A stretch of DNA of 32,000 nt from Hyperthermus butylicus DSM 5456 (lineage in GTDB: Archaea > Thermoproteota > Thermoprotei_A > Sulfolobales > Pyrodictiaceae): the NCBI RefSeq assembly GCF_000015145.1, contig NC_008818.1, positions 1 through 32,000 on the forward strand, read 5' to 3'. Within the stretch, counting starts at the first letter, position 1; every line of letters begins with the position of its first letter. The position numbers and the translations under genes are program-made. Under the pieces are notes generated by a model. The model worked only from the letters and a program-made list of their open reading frames with translations, was not told the origin of the DNA and did not search any database. Of this stretch, positions 7,897 through 16,785 are shown piece after piece.

Positions 7897-7984
7897 TGGT
7901 GCGGGGGGTGGGATTTGAACCCACGCAGGCCTACGCCAGCGGGTCCTCAGCCCGCCCCCTTTGACCTGGCTCGGGCACCCCCGC
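7897..7984 (-). tRNA. tRNA-Leu (anticodon GAG), long variable arm, CCA encoded
   Basis: Reverse strand GCGGGGGTGCCCGAGCCAGGTCAAAGGGGGCGGGCTGAGGACCCGCTGGCGTAGGCCTGCGTGGGTTCAAATCCCACCCCCCGCACCA. Anticodon loop CTGAGGA. Confidence 0.95.
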
Positions 7985-8056
7985 AGCCGCTGCCGGGGGC
8001 TGGATTGCCGTCCATTATTTTGGTGGCAGACTGGTCTGGGGCTTAAAACTATTGCT

Positions 8057-8437
8057 CTATGGTGTTGGTGGTGGTGTGTGTTTGTGTGCTAGCAGTTCCG
8101 CTATGGTGTCTGATATTCGTTCCAGTAGTCTCCTTGTACGTGGTGTTGGAGGTAGGTTGTGGAGTAGTTTCTCGAGGCTCAGCCATATACTCTCGGCTAT
8201 CGTTTCTAGGAGCCTGGTTCTTGTTTCCTCGTCTATGTTGAGTAGGAGCCTGCACAGAGTCTCAGAGCTTGGTGCAAGGGTTCCATGTACGTACCGTGAT
8301 ACTGCTGCGGAAGAGACGCCCATGAGTTCTGCAACGTCTTTTGCAGCATAGCCTGATTCTATGGTTTCGGCTACGAGTCGCTGTCTTGCCGTAGGTGGTA
8401 GGAGTTGTAGGAAGCTGCAGAGCTCTGTGTGGTTCAT
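8057..8437 (-). CDS. HTH-domain transcriptional regulator
   Basis: AAKDVAELMGVSSAAVSRYVHGTLAPSSETLCRLL resembles an XRE-like helix-turn-helix. Confidence 0.75.
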   Translation of the reverse strand: MNHTELCSFLQLLPPTARQRLVAETIESGYAAKDVAELMGVSSAAVSRYVHGTLAPSSETLCRLLLNIDEETRTRLLETIAESIWLSLEKLLHNLPPTPRTRRLLERISDTIAELLAHKHTPPPTP

Positions 8438-8452
8438 GGCTATCCGTCTAGG

Positions 8453-9226
8453 CTATGTGAGGCCTAGGTGTTCAAGTATCTTGTGATAGTTTTGGATAGT
8501 GGGGTTCAGCTTGTATTGTTTCAACAAGCTTCTTAACACTTTATCTCTGGGCTCGACTATAATGATGCTCCTTATCCACTGGATCCTCATGAGGCCTCCG
8601 ATGAGCTGTGTTAGGTTCTGGGGGTTCTCGTGTAGTGTTGCTGACTCGAAGTCTATTATGTAGGGCTCACATGTGTTATGCTCGACTAGGACCTGCTCTC
8701 CAGGTCTTGCTAGCTCATTATGCCTTATTCCAAGCCTGTCCAGGGTAAATGTTTTCCAGAGCAGCCTCTTCAGCGCTAGTCTTCCACAAGTCTTGTTGTC
8801 TGGCTTGTAGTCTCCTAGCGTGTTGCCTCTAACAAGCTCCATGAGTATGATCGTTCTTGAGGCAGCGTACAGCCGTGGTGATACTCCTGCCCAGCCCGTA
8901 ACGGCTAGGATTGCGGCCTCCCAGAGTAGGCTTCTCCTCCTACTCTTAGGGTGTAGTATTTTCGCTGCAGCAACGCCTGCTGCTGTAGCTGCTGCTGCTA
9001 CGACTGCGCTCCATCCCCTGCCCAGCAGCTTGAGCTTGCCCAGTATAGTGTTGCCGAGGGGTATGATTCCTCTGATTCCTAGGGAGTTAGCGTCGTGTAT
9101 GAGCCTATGGCACTCTGGTGACTCCATGCTCACGCTATAGTAGCTACAGATTATTTCTATGGCTTTTGCGAGTGGTATAGCCTCCTCATCCAGGCTGGCT
9201 TCTTCACGGCTAAGCTGGCTAGGCAT
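8453..9226 (-). CDS. Putative archaeal serine/threonine protein kinase (COG2112-like)
   Basis: LGRGWSAVV..GVAAAKILHPKSRRRSLLWEAAIL (G-loop and Lys), ELVRGNTLGDY hinge, GIRHNELARPGEQVLVE catalytic-like loop, PYIIDFESA metal-binding DFE. Confidence 0.7.
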   Translation of the reverse strand: MPSQLSREEASLDEEAIPLAKAIEIICSYYSVSMESPECHRLIHDANSLGIRGIIPLGNTILGKLKLLGRGWSAVVAAAATAAGVAAAKILHPKSRRRSLLWEAAILAVTGWAGVSPRLYAASRTIILMELVRGNTLGDYKPDNKTCGRLALKRLLWKTFTLDRLGIRHNELARPGEQVLVEHNTCEPYIIDFESATLHENPQNLTQLIGGLMRIQWIRSIIIVEPRDKVLRSLLKQYKLNPTIQNYHKILEHLGLT

Positions 9227-10629
9227 TCCAGCTCACACTCCTCAATCCTCCTCTCCAGGAGGCCCTGAAGTAGCGGGTGGACCTCCACCTTGTACCCACT
9301 AGCGCTGCCGGGGAGCCATTCCCATGCCCGGTCGCGTAGGAGGTGTATAGCGTCCTGGTACCTCCTAGCCCTAATCACTACCAGCCGGCCCTCCTCGTCA
9401 ATCCAGGGCCCATAGGCGTTTGGATCGGTGGCGTACTTCTCGAGGAAGCGTAGCGCGTGCCCACTCCAGGCCGGTGGGCCCCGGTGCAGTGTGTATGGCG
9501 GGGTTACCCTCTCTTCCAACTCGATACAGGCTAGTATTCTCCCTTCTGTGCATGCTGTAACCCTGTAGTCTATTACGTGGAAGCCCCATCTCTCTAGCAG
9601 GTTTACTGCTAGCCTTAGGGCTCGCTTGCCAACCCCCCATAGTGTGTCGGGGGGCACTCTCTGCGGTGGCTCTAGGAGTAGTAGCACCATGTTTGACACA
9701 CGCTCACCACTACTTGCTACTGCTTGTTGGGGCGTCGTAGGGGGGGTTCTGGCTACGTGGAAGAACTCCATGCGGGGTTCCCTGAGGTACATTTTTGCTG
9801 CGAGAACAAGCTCTGCAAGTGATCGTGTCGAGACTGCTGCTGCCGCATTCCTCGATGGGTCTACGGGATCAACAACTATCATGGGTTTATCGCCAAACTT
9901 TTCCAGGAGCTCCTTACGGCTATAGCCGGCCCCATTCACGTCAACTATCACTGGTGGTTTCCACTTGGCAGCCTCAGCTATAACATTACGAAAGCAGCCA
10001 TAGGCTGCGATTAGTAGTTCTGCTAGGTAGCCGGAAAATCCCTCCACAGCTATTTCAGCACCATAAACACCTATTCCCTTAAGGAAGCTCTTGAGAAGCC
10101 TAACCTCGTCACGCTGATGGGGCTCTAGCCTTCCAAGTATATACCTTGTGTGAAGGGGGGTCCTGTCAACAGCAGTAACAACCTCTCCAGGCTTCTCCAC
10201 GCGACAAGCTGGCACCACCTCAACCCAGTAGCTGTGAACTAGTACTCTTGCGTATGGATGCTGGGCATACCTGCGTTCAGTGCGCAAGCCGAGCTTGGCC
10301 AGTTTCTCCTCAATCTGGTCTATCAGCCCGGCGTGTATCAGGTCTAGGCACTTGCTTCTCGGGAGGAGTATGAAGAGGTCTATGTCTAGCTCGCCGCTAA
10401 GCCAGGTATCCTTTGCATAGCTTCCCTCGACACGTACCTCATAGTCCTTGACTCCAAGTTCTTTCAGTACAGCGTCGAGAAGCCTGGTGGCCTCCTCTAC
10501 AGCTTTACGCGCCTTTTCGCGCTCACCCGTGGTGGGTGCAACCATAGCTAGTACTTGTTTCTCGACCTTGGTATGGGGGCAGCCGCTGCTGCCGGCGATG
10601 CCGGTCTTCATGGCTCCACCAGTACGCAT
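9157..10629 (-). CDS. cca: CCA-adding tRNA nucleotidyltransferase (class I, archaeal)
   Basis: VEGSYAKDTWLSGELDIDLFILLPR nucleotidyltransferase motif, VEVVPAC, RHTPLHTRYI-like segment (DRTPLHTRYILGRLEPHQRDEVRLLKSFLKGIGVYGAEI). Confidence 0.93.
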   Translation of the reverse strand: MRTGGAMKTGIAGSSGCPHTKVEKQVLAMVAPTTGEREKARKAVEEATRLLDAVLKELGVKDYEVRVEGSYAKDTWLSGELDIDLFILLPRSKCLDLIHAGLIDQIEEKLAKLGLRTERRYAQHPYARVLVHSYWVEVVPACRVEKPGEVVTAVDRTPLHTRYILGRLEPHQRDEVRLLKSFLKGIGVYGAEIAVEGFSGYLAELLIAAYGCFRNVIAEAAKWKPPVIVDVNGAGYSRKELLEKFGDKPMIVVDPVDPSRNAAAAVSTRSLAELVLAAKMYLREPRMEFFHVARTPPTTPQQAVASSGERVSNMVLLLLEPPQRVPPDTLWGVGKRALRLAVNLLERWGFHVIDYRVTACTEGRILACIELEERVTPPYTLHRGPPAWSGHALRFLEKYATDPNAYGPWIDEEGRLVVIRARRYQDAIHLLRDRAWEWLPGSASGYKVEVHPLLQGLLERRIEECELECLASLAVKKPAWMRRLYHSQKP

Positions 10630-10778
10630 ATAGTATGGTGGCGTGGTAGGTCTTAAAGAGGAGCGATGAAGAGGGCTGGTATTGCTGACCAGCCATAAGC
10701 TGTGTGATGAGGGACACCAGCACGGAGCATCAACATACTCTGGTGCTACAAGCTATATAGCCTTGTAGCACATGCCTT

Positions 10779-11540
10779 GTGTGGAATATGTTCGGGGTGA
10801 CTGCAGTGGACTGGTTCATGGAGCGAGCTAAGAGCGTGTACGCACAGCTACTGGCCAAGGCCGAATCCATAGAGGATGAGAACCTCCGAAAAATAACACT
10901 TGAACTGCTCAAAAACCCTGTAATTACTTTTGTAAAGGTTGAGCCTAAGATAACCTTCTTTGAGAGCCCAGCAGCCCCGAGGAAGCACCACGCGTACCCT
11001 GGGGGCCTCCTAGACCATACTCTCGGCGTTACGCTGATAGCTGAGAAGCTCGTCGATGTCTATGGCAGCGTCTATGGCGCCTCTATAGATCGTGACGTTG
11101 TTATAGCAGCAGCGCTGCTCCATGACCTATTTAAGTATTACCAGTATGAGCTTGACCCCCTAACCGGCGGCTACCGGCCGCGGAGCGACTGGTACCTAGG
11201 CCACGACTTTGCAATGGTTGCCGAACTCTCCACCCGCGGTGCTCCTGACAAGCTGATAAGGGCGATAGCTGAGGCGCATGGGACGGTACCGTTTAGCATG
11301 CTTGAGTCGCAAATTGTACATAGGGCTGATAGCACTGATTCTGAGATGATATCCCAAATACAAGATATTATATGGAGGGTATGTCTCGACATAGAGCTCG
11401 AGAAGCCAGATGCAAAGGCGGTAAAGGTGTTCAACGAGGCGCTGAGGAGACGTTCAATATTCGATTATGCAAAGATATACTATACTGGGGGCCGCGACGC
11501 GTTAAGGGAGTATATTAAGAAGACGCTCGGCTTAGACTAA
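10779..11540 (+). CDS. HD-domain phosphohydrolase
   Basis: HHAYPGGLLDHTLGVTLIAEKLV ... VVIAAALLHDLFKYYQYE ... AEAHGTVP, an HD superfamily metal-binding pattern. Confidence 0.85.
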   Translation: MWNMFGVTAVDWFMERAKSVYAQLLAKAESIEDENLRKITLELLKNPVITFVKVEPKITFFESPAAPRKHHAYPGGLLDHTLGVTLIAEKLVDVYGSVYGASIDRDVVIAAALLHDLFKYYQYELDPLTGGYRPRSDWYLGHDFAMVAELSTRGAPDKLIRAIAEAHGTVPFSMLESQIVHRADSTDSEMISQIQDIIWRVCLDIELEKPDAKAVKVFNEALRRRSIFDYAKIYYTGGRDALREYIKKTLGLD

Positions 11541-11924
11541 CAATATACTGGGGCTGTGTGGAGGCCGACATAGGCCTACGCCGCTGTGGCGGATGAGGAG
11601 GGGTCGATTGGCCGAAGCCCACAACGTTCTTTGCCGATGAAGAACCGTCGGACGTAGATGAGCAAGGCGATGAAATATCCCCTGGCTCCTCTGAGGCCTC
11701 CTTAACAATTGCGGGAAGAGGCTCAGTAGGGTCCGGCATCGTCACCGATCAGCTGACCGGACAACAGTCTTCACAGCCATTACTACCTATGGAGGGCTCG
11801 GTTTGAGAGCTCCAGCTCACCCCAGCCGGTTGGGTCGCACGGTTTGCTACTCCTCACAGCCCGTGTAGACAATGCTGGTTGAGTCCTCGCCCCCTCTTAA
11901 GCCTGAGAGGACTCGCCTAGGGGG

Positions 11925-12986
11925 CTAGGTCTTCTGCACTAGTGTACGGAGGATTTCTGCTAGCCTAGAGGGCATCCTGGCTATTAGCCCTAGCAGCTTG
12001 ATTGTTGAGACATTGCCTATTCCTATGAGTGGTAGTAGGTCGGTTGGTATACTTCTTAGTAGCTTTGCTCTTGTTTCGGGCCTTGCTGTCTTTATTTTCT
12101 CGAGAAGTTTGCGTTGTACGCCTATCCAGTGGACTATTCTGCTCAGTGTTTTGCCTGGGTCCTCGCCGCTAGCTATGTATCTTGTCAGGGCATATGCGGA
12201 TGCTATTGAGGGCCTTATACCCTCGCCGGTAAGCGGGTATACAAAGCCTGCAGCCTCACCTATCACCGGTATATCCCTTATGAGGAGGCTTGGATTTGCT
12301 CCTCCAATGTTTATAGCTGCGCCGCGTATTGGTGTCATCTCGACTGGGCCTTTCACTCTCTTCCTTATGAACTCTATAAGCTTCTGGCGAAACTCTCTTG
12401 GCTCGCCATAGCCGCCCACGCCAATGTCTACGGTATAGCGAGAGCGTGGGAAGACCCAGTAGTAGCCTACGAGGCTGCTGTCAAACCACAGCTCCATAAT
12501 AGTAGTGTCGTGTGGCTCGCTAGTCCTGACTATTGCCTGGACAGCATATATTTGATCCCTAATGCCGCGGTGTGGAGTCACCGAGCCCGTAGCTACAACG
12601 ATTTCCTTTGCTTCTTCGAGCTGCTTGACAGGCCTAAGCTCAGGTGTAAGCTCCACAATCCTCCGCTCGAAAGGTATGCCTTCGAGCAAGTGTTTGAGGA
12701 ATGCAGGCTTGTCTATAATGTAGCCCTGGAGTTTGCCGTACTTCTCATGGGCTAGTTCGCCGTCGACATAGACTCTAAAGCCGCGTATCTCAGTTAGGAT
12801 AGCATCAACCGGTATGTCAATGTAGTCCTCTACTTGCAGCGGGACAGCCCATCCGCACGGCTTAAATCCAGGGTATGGGGCTATGTCATATACCTTGACC
12901 CTAAACCCCTTATCGGTTAGGAAACGTGCTAGCGCTGCGCCAGCCGGGCCGGCCCCTATGATTACGTAATCATACCTAATAGTCAT
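11925..12986 (-). CDS. Geranylgeranyl reductase family flavoprotein
   Basis: YDYVIIGAGPAGAALARFLTDKGFRVKVYD Rossmann fold, PGFKPCGWAVP, FPRSRYTVDIGVGGY, GEAAGFVYPLTGEGIRPSIASA. Confidence 0.9.
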   Translation of the reverse strand: MTIRYDYVIIGAGPAGAALARFLTDKGFRVKVYDIAPYPGFKPCGWAVPLQVEDYIDIPVDAILTEIRGFRVYVDGELAHEKYGKLQGYIIDKPAFLKHLLEGIPFERRIVELTPELRPVKQLEEAKEIVVATGSVTPHRGIRDQIYAVQAIVRTSEPHDTTIMELWFDSSLVGYYWVFPRSRYTVDIGVGGYGEPREFRQKLIEFIRKRVKGPVEMTPIRGAAINIGGANPSLLIRDIPVIGEAAGFVYPLTGEGIRPSIASAYALTRYIASGEDPGKTLSRIVHWIGVQRKLLEKIKTARPETRAKLLRSIPTDLLPLIGIGNVSTIKLLGLIARMPSRLAEILRTLVQKT

Positions 12987-13921
12987 ACCCGGTTATCCCC
13001 TCGGGGTACATGACGTGGAGGGTTAAACCGGGTTACCCGGGACGTATAGGCTTTGACGCGCTCAATGTCTGGACCAAGCATTGCGCTGACAATAAACTCT
13101 GGTAGTATAGGAAGATAGGAGTCGGGTGTAGCGGCTAGCTTTTCTGCTAGCTTTTCAGCTTCTGTGAGCAGGTTTGCTATGAATTTGTAAGCTTTCTCTA
13201 TCCCTTCACTGCCTAGCCACTTTCTAAACATTCTCGCCGAGGGGAAACTGATGGTACCTGTCCTGCTGTCTACAATGTCGTCTGCAACCTGGTACATTAA
13301 GCCGAGGTACTCACCGTAGAGTCCGGCCTCGCCGTAAAGGTCTTCGCGGCCTGCAACAATGGCGCCAAGCTCGCCAGCTAAGCGGAAGAGGGATGCTGTC
13401 TTCAGCTTAACAGTTTCAAGATAGTATTCTGGGGGAAGACTATCAGGATCCGTAAACGCATCGAGAACTTCGCCGCGAGAGATGTTGAGAGTGGCGGTTA
13501 TTGTGCGGCTTGTAGCTCTAAACCCGTACCTTTCCTCGACTATCTTATGAGCAAATGTTACAAGAAGATAGACAGTCATAACCGTCTTCTTAACACCATA
13601 CTCGACCCAAGCAGCTTTCTGGCCCCTCCGCTCCACATCCTCGTCTATTATGTCGTCAAGTGCAAGGCTTGAGGCGTGTATAAGCTCTACAGCTACAGCA
13701 GCATCGAGCGCATCTTCTATGCGGCCTCCAAGGCTTCTAGCTATTTCGAGGACTAGAAAGCCTCTAAATCGCTTTCCACCTCTCGCGATATACTCTGCAA
13801 CCCTTACAGCATGCGCTTCTGGAAGCCGAGCTATCCACTGCTTGATAGCATCATCTACTAGTGACCGGAGCTTCTTCCAGTGCTCAACCAGGCCTCCATA
13901 GCTGGTGCCTATTTGCTGCAT
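12983..13921 (-). CDS. Polyprenyl (geranylgeranyl-type) diphosphate synthase
   Basis: GGKRFRGFLVLEIA, first Asp-rich motif DDIIDED, second DDIVD. Confidence 0.92.
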   Translation of the reverse strand: MQQIGTSYGGLVEHWKKLRSLVDDAIKQWIARLPEAHAVRVAEYIARGGKRFRGFLVLEIARSLGGRIEDALDAAVAVELIHASSLALDDIIDEDVERRGQKAAWVEYGVKKTVMTVYLLVTFAHKIVEERYGFRATSRTITATLNISRGEVLDAFTDPDSLPPEYYLETVKLKTASLFRLAGELGAIVAGREDLYGEAGLYGEYLGLMYQVADDIVDSRTGTISFPSARMFRKWLGSEGIEKAYKFIANLLTEAEKLAEKLAATPDSYLPILPEFIVSAMLGPDIERVKAYTSRVTRFNPPRHVPRGDNRV

Positions 13922-14097
13922 AGGCTATCAACCCAAAGTTGTGCCGTTATAGCCTAGGTTGCACCCTGGCAGTATGCTTGCAGGCACCAGTTTCTGGGCG
14001 TTTTGCCGTGGTGGATTATTATCTCGTTATGCAAGTGAGAGAAACCCTCACTCTTATACCCTCACAGAAACCCATATCCTGGGTTAGGGTGCAGGGG

Positions 14098-14844
14098 ATG
14101 GCTAAGGCAAGACTGTCATACCCTGACGCAAAATCGTTTTACAACATGCTTGATGCGATATCGAAAATTGTTGATGAGCTTGCAATGACTATAACGCCTA
14201 ATGGCGTAAAAGCGATAGCCCTTGACCCAGCCCATGTAGCGCTAATGGTCATGGAGCTGCCGCCAGAAAGCTTCATAGAGTACGAGGTTGAGGATGAAGT
14301 GAAGCTTGGTTTTAATGTTGCTAACATAGCGAAGATAATTAAGAGGGGTAAGAAGGGCGATAAGCTAGACATAGAAGTCGACGAGGATAGGGTTACATGG
14401 TCTATTGTTGGAGCTACGATCAAAAGGTATAGACTGCTAAATCTTGACGTGCCGGTGCCAGAGCTACCAGAGGCAGAGCTTGAGTTTAAGGTACACGTTT
14501 CACTGATAGTGGATCCGTTCAAGAACGCACTAAAAGATGCTGAAGCCGTCGGGGATACTGTTGAGCTAGAGGCACCAGACGACACGACACTAATCATACG
14601 TGGTGTCGGAGCTGCAGTAGCGGAGACAAAGATTAGGAGTGATACGCCTGCCGTAGTGGAGTTTAATGTTGAGGAGCCCTCCAAGTCAGCCTATAGTATA
14701 GAGTACTTGAAGCATATGCTTTCGCTGACAAAGGTTGCAGACACGATAACCATAGAATTTGCGCAGGACATGCCGCTAAGGCTACAGTTCAGGTTACCTG
14801 CTGGCGGCAACGTGACATATCTCCTAGCGCCGAAAGCGGCATAG
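14098..14844 (+). CDS. pcn: DNA polymerase sliding clamp PCNA (ORF track start 13939 too long)
   Basis: MAKARLSYPDAKSFYNMLDAISKIVDELAMTITPNGVKAIALDPAHVALM...; ...LRLQFRLPAGGNVTYLLAPKAA. Confidence 0.95.
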   Translation: MAKARLSYPDAKSFYNMLDAISKIVDELAMTITPNGVKAIALDPAHVALMVMELPPESFIEYEVEDEVKLGFNVANIAKIIKRGKKGDKLDIEVDEDRVTWSIVGATIKRYRLLNLDVPVPELPEAELEFKVHVSLIVDPFKNALKDAEAVGDTVELEAPDDTTLIIRGVGAAVAETKIRSDTPAVVEFNVEEPSKSAYSIEYLKHMLSLTKVADTITIEFAQDMPLRLQFRLPAGGNVTYLLAPKAA

Positions 14845-14851
14845 CGCACCG

Positions 14852-14921
14852 GGCAGTGATGAGTTTCACCGGCTCATCCGACGCTCTCTAGGCCGTGAGG
14901 ATGGCCAGGACAGCTGAGCCA
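14852..14921 (+). ncRNA. Candidate C/D box sRNA between convergent pcn and the RimK-like gene
   Basis: C box GTGATGA (14856-14862), C'-like GTGAGGA (14895-14901), 12-nt guide TGGCCAGGACAG, D box CTGA (14914-14917), flanking GGC/GCC. D' is weak (CCGA). Confidence 0.45.
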
Positions 14922-14922
14922 C

Positions 14923-15825
14923 CTACTTCTTCACAAGTTCGAGTACTTTTTCAACAATGTATCTTGCAGGGTTTACCCCAGTTGCTGATTGTAGTCCGCG
15001 CCAGAGTGGTGAGGCATTAACCTCTATGACTGCATACCGATTCTCATCATACTCTATCACGTCTACACCGGCGTAGACTAGGCCTAGTACCTTTACAGCG
15101 CGGATAACAGCCTTTGCTACTTCATCACGGACTGTTGCTGGTACAGGTTTTGCTCCTTGAGCTATATTTGTTTTCCAACTATTTCGTGGTGCAATGCGGT
15201 ACATTGCAGCTACCACGTGGTCGCCGACAACGAATACGCGAAGATCCCTATTGCCCGGCTTTTCCAGGTATTTTTGTATGTAGAGGGGCTGGTTGAGGGT
15301 TAGCAGAAGGTTTATGATATGGTAGGCCGTATCGGTATCCTTTACGCGGAATGAGCCAAGGCCTAGACTACCTATTATAGGTTTAAACACTACGTCACCG
15401 AGCTGTTCTACAGCATGTAGTGCAGTGGTAGGATCCTCTGTAACCAGTGTCCGGGGGACGGGTATCCCCGCCTCCTGTAGTATTCGTAGACTCGTAAACT
15501 TGTCCCTGGCACGGAAGAGTCCCTCTGGCGGGTTTACAACTACGTAGCCCCACGATTCCGCTGCCTCTAGAATAGCTCTCCTCACCGCATACCTCTCTAT
15601 GCTGAGCCCCCTGCCGAGGCCCCGCACTATGATAGCGTCCACGTTGAGGCATCTGCCTCTATATTTTAACGGGCATGATGGAGTTCCAAGTTCTGCAGAT
15701 ATGTAGTTCCAGAGAATGTAGAGTGGTGTCGAGCCCGTATCGGCTATGGCCTTTAGTAACTGTCGGCTACTCCACGTGGGCCTAGGGGTGTGGTGCAGTA
15801 CTGCTATTTTAGCCACGGCGTTCAC
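14923..15825 (-). CDS. RimK/LysX-family ATP-grasp ligase
   Basis: ARDKFTSLRILQEAGIPVPRT, VVFKPIIGSLGLGSFRV, YIQKYLEKPGNRDLRVFVVGDHVVAAMYR, YAVIEVNASPLWRGLQ. Confidence 0.88.
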   Translation of the reverse strand: MNAVAKIAVLHHTPRPTWSSRQLLKAIADTGSTPLYILWNYISAELGTPSCPLKYRGRCLNVDAIIVRGLGRGLSIERYAVRRAILEAAESWGYVVVNPPEGLFRARDKFTSLRILQEAGIPVPRTLVTEDPTTALHAVEQLGDVVFKPIIGSLGLGSFRVKDTDTAYHIINLLLTLNQPLYIQKYLEKPGNRDLRVFVVGDHVVAAMYRIAPRNSWKTNIAQGAKPVPATVRDEVAKAVIRAVKVLGLVYAGVDVIEYDENRYAVIEVNASPLWRGLQSATGVNPARYIVEKVLELVKK

Positions 15826-16785
15826 GCCCGCTAAGCATATCTCCGATGAGTTCTGCTATGAGTGACGCGTATACAGGTGCTGTTAGTGGGTCGGTATGCA
15901 TAATTATCTCTGCCAGCTTACCCTTGTTCTGTGCTATTGATAGCTTAAATCTTAGCTCACGAAGGATGTCTGCTTCAACATCAGTAGCAAATACTAGTAG
16001 GAAAATTCCCTGCTGTTCGAGCCGTTGCAATAGTGTTAGTAGCCGACGTTACAGGCTCTATAGGCACGGGGGCTCCCATAGATTCCTCTATATGCATGGC
16101 TGCCAGGGCTGCTGCGGGCGTAAGTGTTGGTGTGGAAAAGACAGCTGCTTTAGTGCTTGAGGATAAAGCCTCTGTGATGGAGTTTACTATGCTGCCATAC
16201 CTTGACTTTATCTCTTCGAGCACAGGATGTATGTTGTTAAACTCGCTCGTAAGCCTCTCTACACGGACCCTAATACCGCTATGTTTTCTGGCGAGTTTTG
16301 CGGAGAGCTTGGCAGCTGCAAGAACATATGTGAGGTGGATTCTCTCGGATGCAACTTCTACCAATACTCTCCTCGCTTGGTGCGCGTGCCTTGAGCACTG
16401 GTGGTAATGGTGGTGTCACAGCTACGAGGCTCACACCGGTAAGCTTCGTAGCGTCTATAGCTCTTCCGACAATGTTCTCGGCTCCAGCCTCGGCGAATAA
16501 TATGACGGCGATGTTTTCCTCGCGGTAGGCTACAATGTGGTATATCAGGGCTTCAATAGGTTCTAGACGTACACTAGTGGTGGTTATCTGGCGTAACACC
16601 CAATAGCCAAGTGTTGCTGCTGCCAGGGCGTATCTTGTCCCAGCATATGTTAGGTAGAGCTCGCTATACGATTGGTTTAAGAAGGAAAATATCCTCTTGG
16701 CTAGTTCTTCGGCTTGTTTTTCGAGGCGTTTAAGCTTCTCCCGGGTTAGAGGAGTGCTGTCTCTAGTGAGCTGCAGCAACTGCAC
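15809..16785 (-). pseudogene. SIS-like phosphosugar isomerase/binding protein split into three overlapping ORFs by two +1 shifts
   Basis: ORFs 16279..16785, 15981..16364 and 15809..16030 are successive frames of one reading direction (offset +1 each time) and splice into one continuous protein of about 325 aa between two co-directional genes. Confidence 0.6.

Noticed and set aside
11600-11720. Multiple GATGA boxes and CTGA sequences suggestive of a C/D sRNA
   Set aside because: Box order and spacing do not form a C-D'-C'-D arrangement; no canonical RUGAUGA.
14139-14684. 181-aa minus ORF antisense to pcn
   Set aside because: Ser-rich shadow ORF opposite a clear PCNA gene.
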